NCBI GenBank assembly: GCA_004764695.1
Contig: SMSO01000033.1
Span: 2,728,001 to 2,792,000 of the forward strand
Direction of reading: 5' to 3'
Length of the DNA: 64,000 bases
From: Schizochytrium sp. TIO01
Lineage: Eukaryota > Protista > Bigyra: Labyrinthulomycetes
Below, piece by piece: positions 50,759 to 61,420 of the stretch. Positions within the stretch are counted from its first letter, which is position 1. Every line of letters starts with the position of its first letter. Under the pieces are notes generated by a model. It had not been told where the DNA came from. It saw only the letters and a list, made by a program, of their open reading frames with translations, and ran no database searches. The position numbers and the translations under genes were made by a program.

Positions 50759-53700
50759 ATGTCGGATAACCCGATTGTTGTAGAGGCTCTTCAAGAGCTT
50801 GCTAAAGGGGCAGCCAATCTCAAGTAAGTAAAGCAACAGAATGAAAGTTTGGTGCTGGACGATTTATTAACATGACAACGATGCTAGCCTGTCTCATGGA
50901 CGTATCAATGCTGAGGACTGCAAGACGCTTGCCTTAGCACTTGCCGATAATACTACATTGACATTGCTCAAGTAAGTCGCTGTGATTTTGTTTTTTTGAG
51001 CAGCTTACTGCGTTGTTTTCGAACTCTTTCTGTGAAAGGTATTCTAACTTTGAGTGTTGTTTCTCATCATGTTTTAGTCTGTACGTCAACGAGGTTGGTC
51101 CCGAAGGCGCAGCGGCGTTGGCAGAAGCACTGGAAACGAACAGTGCTCTCACGACTCTGAAGTAAGTTCTACTTTGTTGCTCTAAGACTGTTCCGAATCT
51201 CTAACGCATCGAGAATTGTCGTGTTTCTTAATAGCCTTTACAAAAACAAGGTTGGTGATGCTGGAGTTGAGGCTCTTGCAGAGGCTCTCAAGGTGAATAC
51301 GTCGTTGGCAGTTTTGAAGTAAGTGCAAATTGATGGCAGCGGTTGGTTGTCTTAAGACATCTCAGGTTTCAAAGTAGGAAAACTAACAAGCTCATCGCGT
51401 TACAAACAGCCTATATGGTAACAAAATCTCTGCCACGAGTATGGAAGCCCTTGCCAATGGGCTGCGGGTGAACACGTCTTTGCAGAAGCTCGAGTAGGTT
51501 GCCTTGAAATTTTGCATTGCTCAGACTATTAGATTGACTCACGTTATTTGCATGTATTCTTAGACTTCGGGGAAATCAACTTGGCGATGAAGGTGTCGCA
51601 ATTCTATCAGATTTTCTGAGGGTAAACGCCTCGCTGAAGGATCTAAAGTAAGTTTCGAACATTAAGTTGTTTGCTGCTGCAATCCTTAGTGATGCTGAAT
51701 TAAGTGACTGACTTTTTATTGATGATTTATGCAACAGCCTTGCAGACAACAGCCTCGGGGACGAAGGTATGCAGCCTCTTGCAGACGCGTTGATGGAGAA
51801 CACATCGTTAACGAATCTCAAGTAAGTTTCCCTGTTTGTTTTTGGTATTTTGAGACGATATCTAACATGAAAATAAATCTCCTTTCCTTAATGTTTCGTT
51901 ACTGTTTGTTTCCTGCAGTTTATACGGCAATGACATTCAGTCAGAGGGAATTGTGATGCTGTCTGAGGCAATCAAGGTCAACACTACGTTACAATGGCTG
52001 GGGTAAGTCGATAAAGCTGTTTGTTTTCAAGATGGCTGGTCAACAAATGTCCTCAAATAGTTCACTAACTTCTATACCTACCATGTGGTGTCACAATAAA
52101 ACAGACTCACGCGCAACGATATTGGGGCAGATGGCGCTGTAGCTCTTGCTGAGGCTTTAAAGGAGAACTCCTCCTTGACTTGGCTTAGGTAAGTTTCACT
52201 AGACTCATTCACTCATCTAACCATTGCAAAGTGGTGGTTGGAATAAGAGAGAGGATGCACGCTGACGTGAATATAACGTGATAACTTGTTCTGTAAACAG
52301 TCTCTACAGCAACGATATCGGCACTAGAGGTGCTTTAAGCCTCGCAGCGGTCCTTAAAACGGACAATCGGTCGTTGACTTCGCTGAAGTAAGTGATTCAT
52401 TTAGCAGGATCAGAAGACAGCCGACTGACAACGTAATACAATGCTATGGACGGTATTCTACTTTTATTCAATTGCAGTCTCTTCAATAACCGAATCGGAG
52501 AAGAAGGCGGGGAGGCATTCCTAGATGCACTGCAAGAGAACACATCGTTGCTCGAGCTTGAGTAAGTTTTGCGAGATTCGAGTATATTGCAGGGCGATTC
52601 AGTGCATGGGAGAGCTAATGTTGTTATATGAAATGGTAATATCCATGTTGGCATGCAAACAGCCTCGGAGATAACAAGATTGACCCGGTCGACGGTGCTC
52701 AGATCAAGGCCTTTCTTCAGCAAAATAATGAACGCCAATTGCCTGAAGACAATCAATCTGAAAAGTGGCTAGCAGCTGTGCGCAAGGCAATCGAAAACAA
52801 CGATGAGCATGCATGGGGTAGAGTGAAACTCATGGTTGTAGGGCAAGGAGCAGCAGGGAAAACTTCTACGGTAAGATCTCTTCTGGGCCTACCCTTTGAC
52901 ACGGCGCACGCATCAACAGAGGTTGCAGATCTACATCGTACTCGAGCAAAGGACTTTGCGGAACTTCCTGATGACGTAGGGGAATTCGACATGCAGGTTC
53001 GTAAGGCAGCGATGCGGCGCCTTCGTCCCTTGGCACAACCAAAGCATAAGAGTTTACGGAGGAGAGTTATTAACTCGATGCAGCGCTCTCTTAGCCGCGC
53101 AACCTCTTCATTCTCCTTACTCGCTGCAACGTCAAACTCGTCCCTTCCTACTGTTGAAGCTATCTCCTCAACGCCAATGTTGTCAGAGGAAGAGACCGCG
53201 AGGCGGTTTGAACTAACCAGTGAGGATCAGGAGTTTCTTCAAAGCTCTTATACCTCAAATGCAAAGCTAGACTTCGATGTGAGTTTTACAATCTGGGATT
53301 ATGGTGGGCAGGAAGTTTTTTATGCCCTGCATCATATTTTCCTGACAGATAATGGCCTATACCTGGTGGTCTTTGACATGGCTGAACTTAAATCTCCAGA
53401 TGGTCAGGGAGAGGCAATCCAAACTCTGAAGTTTTGGTTAAAGAGCATTAGGCTTCATGCGCCCTATGCACCAATTGCTCTCATTGGTACACACTTGGAT
53501 CAAATTGATAAGGCGGACTTGAGTGTTATCAGCAGTATCATTCGCAATAAGGTTCAAATCGTAGAATACCCGCAGTGCATGACTGGCCCAAAAGGTAGAC
53601 CCTTTTTTCCAATCAACAACAGCGCACCAGATAAGGACCAAATTGCAGAGTTGAGAAAGAGGATTGTCAATGTGGCGCTTGACCAGGTCTATGTTCGAGA

Positions 53701-55186
53701 GCAGGTCCCACTTGCTTGGCTCAAAATTTATGAAGATTTGATGCAGTGCAAAAAGCAGTATGTGCTTTCTTCTGACGTGGCGTACATTGCATGGCAATAC
53801 GGGCAAAAGCCAGGACAAGTGTCCGAGATGTTGCGTTACTTTCATGAAGCTGGGGTAGTTGTATACCTGGAGGCGTCTGAAGAACTTCAACATATAGTGG
53901 TAATTGACCCGCAGTGGCTGCTTGATAAACTAGCCCGCGTTATTGCTGATGACGCTCATGTTGAGTCAATTTACGAGACTGGTGAGCTTGTGGAAGCCGG
54001 GCTAGAGGCAGAATTCGTTGAGATGCGTCGAAAGGCGATCGCAACCCGCAGATTATTAGAATTTCTCTGGAATGATGAGGAGGTAGACTACCTCATTGCT
54101 TTTATGCGTGAAAACATGCTTTTGAGTACCTGGGATTTTAACCCCAAAGAGACCTCATATCTCATTTCAGGCTTGATTTCTGATATGATGGAGCCCATCG
54201 ATACAAGCAGGTTCACGGCAGGATGTGTTTGTGAGCTTGACTTTTCTTCAACATTTTTGCCAACTGGGGTCTTTCAACGCCTTGTAGCTCAATGCGCGCA
54301 TTACTCAACCAGACCTGAAGTCCGAGGCGATTGGCCTCTCACCACTCCTAAGGTTGGACGAGATAGTGCCAGAATGGCATTCGGTCAAAACAACTTTGTT
54401 ATTGAAGTTATAGACAATAGGATTCGATTTCGCATCCACGAAAGAGCTATGGCGCCAGCTATGGTAATAAAGTTTCTTGTTTCCATGTTTCGTCAACAGC
54501 AGCAGTCTTTCTTTAGGAAGCTTTCCTGGGACCTTTATCTTTGCAGCACAAAAGGGGACTGGGCTTTGTATAGTAAGATTGAAGGAGATCGTCAATCAAA
54601 CCAGAAATATTCTGAAAGCGTCGATGGCGTCTTTGTTGATTTGAGCGATTATGAAAGCTTCTTTGACGAGAAGGTTGGACGCCTCGACACTGATGAGGAC
54701 GGCCTAGTGGTACCTCATTATGATATCCCACCTTTGATTGCTAATGAAAAGACTCACCTTTTTTTGAGCCATATAGAAAAGACCGGGGGGAGTATTGCAG
54801 AGGCTCTGGAGGAAAAACTTTCAAGACGTGGCCTGAAGGTGTGGCTTTCACAAAAATTTCAAGGGAATCTCAATCGTGCGTCTATGGTCCGGGGTGTGAA
54901 AGAGACACACACATTTGTGTTAATTCTCACGAAGGATGTCTTCTCAAGTGCCGCTGTCTGTGATGAACTTCAGACTGCAATTACTGAAGAAAAGAACATT
55001 GTGCTTGTACACGAGAGTGAGACACATCGAGAAGGATACTTTCCGATAGTAGAGTACAAACCGTTGTTGCCATCGTTCTGTCGCACTCTCTTGGACGATG
55101 TCAACTCCATACCCATTCGTCGTAGATACTATGAAGAGGAGGCGTTTCTGAAAGAGCTCATTCGTCGTTGCATCCAGCCGTATTGA
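50759..55186 (+). CDS. LRR-Roc-COR-TIR (Roco) protein, 12 exons, 1143 aa predicted
   Basis: Exons 50759-50823, 50888-50971, 51078-51161, 51235-51318, 51410-51493, 51564-51647, 51738-51821, 51919-52002, 52105-52188, 52301-52387, 52478-52561, 52663-55186; all GT-AG phase-2 introns; RI-like LRRs; Roc GQGAAGKTS / WDYGGQ / GTHLD; COR VIDPQWL, FLPTGVFQRL; TIR LFLSH...LKVWL...FVLILT...VCDEL. Confidence 0.92.
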
Positions 55187-55565
55187 CCCAACTGAGATAT
55201 CTTCTAACAAACATCATCTTAATATTGTTTTTCAATTCATGATTCCAGACCTTTCGGCGTGTAGGAGTTGCACGATGATTATAAAACAGAGCAGTGAGAG
55301 CTAGATTTGTTCAACCCTTGAGCGTCTCTTGATTTCACATTCAATTTTATGCCCTGAACAAGTAAGCATTTAAAGTCGATGCAATTCCAGTATAATGTAT
55401 TTTACTGAATAGTTTTTTTATTATTTTTTGTCAAGGTGAGACGATAGGTATATGAGTATTGCTACATAAAGGTTTATATTATCAAGTCCGAGTCTGCAAG
55501 ATTCAATGCAAAATGAAATACGATCATTGATGCAACAAGAAACATACGGACACATAATGCTAGTT

Positions 55566-56879
55566 TTATTGCTCGTCATCGTCAGAGGGCTGCAACGAAG
55601 TGGGGAGACTTTTGATGTCCTTGACGTAAAATGGTTCGCGGTTCTTCTGGGGGAAAGATTTGAGCGCCTTGTTGATGCCAGCTTCGTCTTCACCATACTT
55701 GTACAGGTACCAGAAACTAATAAAGGGTGAGGTGCGAACACCGAGCGTAGAACAGTGATTCTGGAGACGGTCTTTGGAACGCAATCCCTTAGGAGTCCAG
55801 TAGTTGTAGCGTTTCTTCGGCACGAGGAACCCGTCGTGAGCTTTCTCATCATAATATGATTTTCCAGCGACATACTTTGGCATCAGCATAAGAGCCGGCT
55901 TGCCGTTCTTTTGAGCAAACTCAAGCAACTTTTCGACATGGTCAAAAGAGTAGGGTGGGTTAGTGACAATAACATCATGCTCAGGTGTTGGAGTGTTATA
56001 AAAGTCCTCGCATCGATTGTAAACGTTATGGAAGCCAAGAGCTGCAAGGTTGCGTACCACGGCTCCAGCGCAGTAGTATGGATCGTAGATGCTAAGTTCG
56101 GCGTCGGTTTTGCCAAGGCGCTTTGCTAGAGCACGGAGAAGTGGTGCGACATCTGCATAAGCCTCTGGTGCAGTTTCACAATGGTCGTCAGCAACAGTGT
56201 GGAATGGATGTTCAATCTTCTCAAAGTTGGCCATACATGCTTTCTTGTCAACTTCGACCAATTGATTACGCTGTTTCTTGGGAATCGTTTTCCAGCCCTT
56301 CTTTAAGGCTGACCAGTAGAATTTGTGAGAAGGGTTGAGCCAGTCTGAGAGCGTGCCCTTGCGTTTCTTTTCATCAAGGGCCCTTGCTACTTGGCCAGCA
56401 AGGCCATCTGCTGCAAGCAAATCCTCTTCGAGATCACCTTCCTTGGTACGCTGGCGTTTGTTGGCATTTTTACCTTTACCAGGGTTCTTCCCGGCATTCT
56501 TATCTGTAGGTTTGTCTGTCTCTCCTTCGTCTGAGTTGATTTTGCTGTCGTCATCAGCGCCGTCCTTATCTCCATCATCATCGTCTTTGGCAGGCTCAAC
56601 AGCATCCTTGCTGGTGTTGTTACTGGGTTTGGCCCGACCTTTGGCACCACGCTTGCGCTTTTTGCGATTGAGTCTGCGTCTCTCGCCCAGATTCAAGCCA
56701 GTTTTGTCATCTTCATCGCTATCATTCTTGGCGTCGTTGATGTCATTCTCTGCTACATCCTTGTTGTCACCCTCGGAGTTCTTCAACGCTTCAGAGTTCG
56801 TCTTGAGGGCTTCGCCCTCCATGCTCTTGGTATCGTCCATTTTCGGTTCGTCGGCGCCTGCGTGCTCTACAGCGCCCAT
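55566..56879 (-). CDS. N6-adenine (amino) methyltransferase-like protein with charged, NLS-rich N-terminus
   Basis: SAM-binding-like IYDPYYCAG and catalytic-type VIVTNPPYS, preceded by DDHCETAPEAY; basic stretch RRRLNRKKRKR; 437 aa. Confidence 0.8.
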   Translation of the reverse strand: MGAVEHAGADEPKMDDTKSMEGEALKTNSEALKNSEGDNKDVAENDINDAKNDSDEDDKTGLNLGERRRLNRKKRKRGAKGRAKPSNNTSKDAVEPAKDDDDGDKDGADDDSKINSDEGETDKPTDKNAGKNPGKGKNANKRQRTKEGDLEEDLLAADGLAGQVARALDEKKRKGTLSDWLNPSHKFYWSALKKGWKTIPKKQRNQLVEVDKKACMANFEKIEHPFHTVADDHCETAPEAYADVAPLLRALAKRLGKTDAELSIYDPYYCAGAVVRNLAALGFHNVYNRCEDFYNTPTPEHDVIVTNPPYSFDHVEKLLEFAQKNGKPALMLMPKYVAGKSYYDEKAHDGFLVPKKRYNYWTPKGLRSKDRLQNHCSTLGVRTSPFISFWYLYKYGEDEAGINKALKSFPQKNREPFYVKDIKSLPTSLQPSDDDEQ

Positions 56880-57109
56880 ACTCAGCCACTTGCTGTTGTC
56901 TGCAAGTGATGATCTGTCTCAACTTGAGCTAGGGGAGCTCGAAGAGACGGACCTTGCTCCAGCAGAACTCCAAACTCCGCACGGGTGGTGGTCCTCGCAC
57001 CACCAAGCAGTGAGTGGTAGGTAGCAAGCAAGACTTCACTATGAAGGATGATGGTAGAACTAGCTTAGTTGGTGTTAACCTTTTCTCTTCTGCTGTATGA
57101 CTAGGTTAC

Positions 57110-58880
57110 CTGGTGCACTGTGAATCGATCACAGTACTGCTAATGCATAGGTACCTCCTGCATCCTATCGCTTCAATTCATGAGCGATGGTGATAACCTA
57201 CCTAATTACTACCTACATGTCCAGTAGTTCTTACGTGGTAAACATCGCTTTGGTATGAGCTTTCGAGCAAGTGAAAGCACTGCCGATACCCTCTGATTAC
57301 TACGAGAGGCGAATGTGAACGTGACTAGGTACTACTAGAAGGTCCTACTGATACCTAACTAGGTGCCTTTTCAACAAGAAGTCTTCAGTCTAAGCCACTC
57401 CTGCAATCTTGAAAGAGCGTATCAATGTCATTTGATGATGATGATTGATACCCTTTACTTATAGTTTGTGCACTCATTGGTGACAGAGTCTTCGCTCAAA
57501 GAGGCACATCTGGTAGCTGGGGCTATGCAGTTCTAGCTTCCTTTCATTCGCTCGCTTGTCGATGTGGCTTGCTTGCTAATAGGAAGGGAAAAAACCCATG
57601 TTCGAAACGAGTGGATATAAGGCCTCGAGAAGAGCTCCGCCTTTCCTTTTGATTTCTCAGCCATTCTGGTATCTAATCCGATAGAGGAAACGATAGGTCC
57701 CATGCTCATTCATTGGTTCAAGAGAGGCAAACTAAAAAGCATTTGCCATCAGGAGCAAAACCAAAACCAAAACTGCGTTGCCTAACAACGCGAAAGATGC
57801 CCGCTCGCGACGGCTAAAGCTCTGAAGTAGAGAGCTGGCCGCTGGCTGCCTACTCGACTCTTGCTCGGAAGTCGACGTTGGCCACGGCCAATACTGCTCA
57901 TACGCTGGGCGGCAAGATGCGTACTTTCGTCATCGAGCTGCTGATGCAAGGTCATGAACAGAAGGGTCTCCTTCTATGAATAGAGAGACCCTTCCTCGGA
58001 TAGAGCAAATTTTGCTGCGAGAATATACCGTCTAACAGCAATACCCTGGGCCATCATACTGCTTTGAGCAAAATGGCATCCGAGGTAAAGTGCCCACGCT
58101 AAAGTCCTGTTCTCCCTGTCGCTCTTTGATTTCTATCAAGAGACAAAAAGCGAAATAATGGATGGACCTTTTGATCCTGAGTCCTGGTTGACTATTGCAA
58201 GAGATCAAGCAATATATCAAAAATGCCAGGCCCTGTCAAGGGACAAAAGACTGAGTGCATACAAGGTGAGTGCAATTGTAATCAAACTCGTATCAGACAA
58301 GAAACGAGAGACATGTTTGGGGAATGGAGAGGCAAGAGGTGATATTTCTATCCTGGCATATACTGTTGGATAAGAAATTATGAGGTGGAGAAGCAGTTCC
58401 TATCTCTCAGCTAGCTTTATGCAGGCGAGTCTAATCTTCATCTGATTCGTTTGTTTCCCACGCTTTTTGAGTCATTCATAACTGCGAGATTAACAGCATC
58501 GCTCCTGAATGCCCAAGCTGCCGGTTAACTTCTGTTGACTTTGCACGTGCTTGGGTGCGGGGCCGTGTGCCACACTTAAGTGATAAGGACCTTCTGGTTC
58601 TAAATACATGATGACTGTATCGATCGGTAAATACTGTGGCCGAAAAGGGGACAATACGATCTTCCTTGTTACGCATGTCCCATTGATCACTCTGACCCTT
58701 CTTTCTTTTAGTTTCCATTATCCTTATCACGAATTTCTCCAGGACGAGATTGCGCCCAAGCCCTATGGCTTTGCATGCGCTTCATGCAGTAGTTGAGGTA
58801 ATGTTCGAGAGTGCTGTGACGTAACAGTACTTATCGTGATGTCTACTTCTCTGTGCAACGAAGCAACTTGCATCGCGGCT
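57110..58880 (+). mobile_element. CRE-like relic (RT domain 7 through REL)
   Basis: SITVL/IGT (~57125), DAR...AGRWLP (57834), TLGHH (58046), GDISI (58338), KY...HVPL, VQRSN (58853). Confidence 0.55.
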
Positions 58881-59093
58881 GCAACTGTCTTTGGAATACA
58901 CGAGACGCTCGGAAGCTCCATGCACTATGCATGTAATTTATTTATGCGAGGTATTTTGGTGATTCTAGTTGCATTTGTGTGGCAAGTTTTGCAAGATATC
59001 CTCGTGTTTATTTATTGTGTGGGGGTGTACAAATATAGTATTCATCGAGTGGACAAAAAAACTGACTTTTATAACCTGCTGTGAAATGTGTTA

Positions 59094-59708
59094 CTATTTA
59101 TCACTGGTTGTGGTTGCTTTCGAGTAGACATGAACCTCCTCTGAGCTCTGGATTCTACGCCACGCCTCTGGAAGTGTAAAGACATTGCTAAAAATAAGTA
59201 CATCGTCCTTGCACTCATCCATCAGCTTAACACTTAGGCGATCCATAATCGGCGATAAGCCATAAACAAGAATAATATCTGCATTGCTTAAATTCACCTT
59301 CCATAAATCCCTGCATTTAAACTCCACCGAGGCTGTTTCTGGCCAAGGCTTGCGGTTCTTTAAAACCCGATGGGCGAGGTGCTGGTCCCAAAAAGCCCAT
59401 GTGTGAGACACAGCAACAAGCATTGGGTTTAGCTCATAACCAACTGCACGGTATCCGTGTCTTGCTGCTTCAATGACTACACGCCCATCACCTGAGCCCA
59501 GATCAACCATAATAGGTGTGGCTTTCCCTGCCTCCACTGGTTTGAGCTTAGGCAGCACCTTGCCAAATACTACATCAAGAGATTTCCTTAGAGTTGGCAT
59601 GTATGGTGCTCCTTTACCTGCAACAGCTGGCAGTGCTGACATGAACAAAGTAAAGTTGACAGCAAGAGCTGCACCGATTGCAGCGCCTATTGCGCCTCCA
59701 AGACCCAT
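59094..59708 (-). CDS. FAM173 (ATPSCKMT/ANTKMT)-type protein lysine methyltransferase
   Basis: N-terminal TM segment, then APYMPT, VDLGSGDGRVV, GYELNP, DLWKVNLS, SNVF; ATG at 59708. Confidence 0.85.
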   Translation of the reverse strand: MGLGGAIGAAIGAALAVNFTLFMSALPAVAGKGAPYMPTLRKSLDVVFGKVLPKLKPVEAGKATPIMVDLGSGDGRVVIEAARHGYRAVGYELNPMLVAVSHTWAFWDQHLAHRVLKNRKPWPETASVEFKCRDLWKVNLSNADIILVYGLSPIMDRLSVKLMDECKDDVLIFSNVFTLPEAWRRIQSSEEVHVYSKATTTSDK

Positions 59709-59899
59709 GATGTTAAAAATTAGAGTCAACCCCTACCTTCGTGATAGCCAAATTGCTGTTTCTCTTGCTTAGCGTATTTTGCGTCAACCTCTATTTTGGT
59801 TGACGAGCTGAGTTTGCGCTGCTGTTGAGCTTTAGCTCACGAGTCCACGACAGTGATTGTGAATTGAACGACTCTGCCCAGCAGTGAGATTGAAGTCTC

Positions 59900-60950
59900 G
59901 AGCACTTTTTATAGGTGTCTAGATGCCTCGCTTGAGGTGCTGGTAAATGCCTCGAATACTGCTGAGTCTACCGTCTGACAGACTCAAGCTCTGTCAGGAG
60001 CAGCACTTTTCTCCCAGAGTTGGTGCTCTACCTGCTGCTTTGCTTCGACTATTACTTTGCTTTGATTGCATTACACCTATTTATTCCTGTTAGAGATTAT
60101 CAGTAGCGGGTACTATAAAAGCACCTAAGTAGTTATCATGCTGTGATAGGGAAACATGTCTAAAGTTGTGTTCTTCATAGGGGAAGGCGTAGTATTAACG
60201 CAGTCGCATCAAAGGTTCACTTATGTCATCGCGATTCATATGACTTTAACGGAATTTAGTTTCTAATTTAATTTGCAATCTTTACTTGCAGGGCCTATGT
60301 TGGGAAGCGGAATCAATTTGGGCTCTTGTTTTTTGCTTTTCTATTTTGTGTTATTATATAAAAAAATAAAATAATAAATTAGATCTTGAAATTGCTCAAA
60401 CAAACAAACAGATTAATAAACATAAGCATGAACAATAAATGGTAATGCTATATTGCAGAGCCTCCAAAATATGAGCTGTATACGTCTCGAGCCAAATACG
60501 ATGCCTGCATGCAACATCTACAGGCACATCGAAAGTTGCATTCGTCTCACCACATATTATGAGCAAGAACATGGGAACGTAAGCACCTTTTTACGCCCTG
60601 GAATAGAACATTGGCCAAATTGTCATGGGCACTTGCATGAGCTGGACAGTCCCAGACAAGGACATAAATGAATTCCAGTTTGGGTCCTCTAGCTCTATCA
60701 GACAATGTGATGGTATTCCCATCGGGGTCAACCCCAAAATTGACTCCCTCGAGCCGAAGAGAAGCTGGCAACGTCTCGAGAATTCGGCGTGCACCACTCC
60801 TATCAATTCCTCTATGAGGCCTCTACTCGAGTCAATATTCTTAAGCTAGGATATCATGAAGAACCGGAGGCCTTCGGCGACCACCCATTGGAGCACGAGA
60901 AAGCATGAAAAAGCAAGCAGCAGAATGCCCAAGCCTAATTTACTGCTCAG
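59900..60950 (+). mobile_element. CRE-like relic (pre-RT region to RT region 4)
   Basis: HGNV/RTLAK, FQFG (60673)...CDGI, INSSMRPLL, PSLIYC. Confidence 0.45.
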
Positions 60951-61420
60951 GAGTCGCTATAGAGCGGGGAGCTAGCGCATGAGAGGTATCTCCGAGCGAG
61001 GAATTGAATGAGAATGAGTGTCTTGGACTTCATTATGTATACTTCATCCACGCTTTGGTAGGTTGGTACCTATTTAGTTTGTATGTGATGTTTCATAGTA
61101 GACTCACTCCTATAGAGTCTTAGCTGAGTCCTAAGTGAGAGTTTGCTTTGTTTTTGGCCAATGAGCAGAGGACTCGTCGGGAAAGCAAGCAAGCGCTCTA
61201 TCAATCAATCATCAATCAAGGCCTTCGCGCGGAAATTCCGTTGCGTTGGCGGTTGTTTGAGCGACGGAGAAAGGCGTGTGCGGGCTGAGGAGGTCCGCGA
61301 TAAGTTTTCTGGGTCTGCTGGAGGCTAGGTCCGGCGGCTTTTGGGGTCCGTGGCTGGGATTCGTCCTAGACTTAGTTCACTGATTGGCTGGTTGCGGAGG
61401 TCTAAAAACAGAGGACCAAG

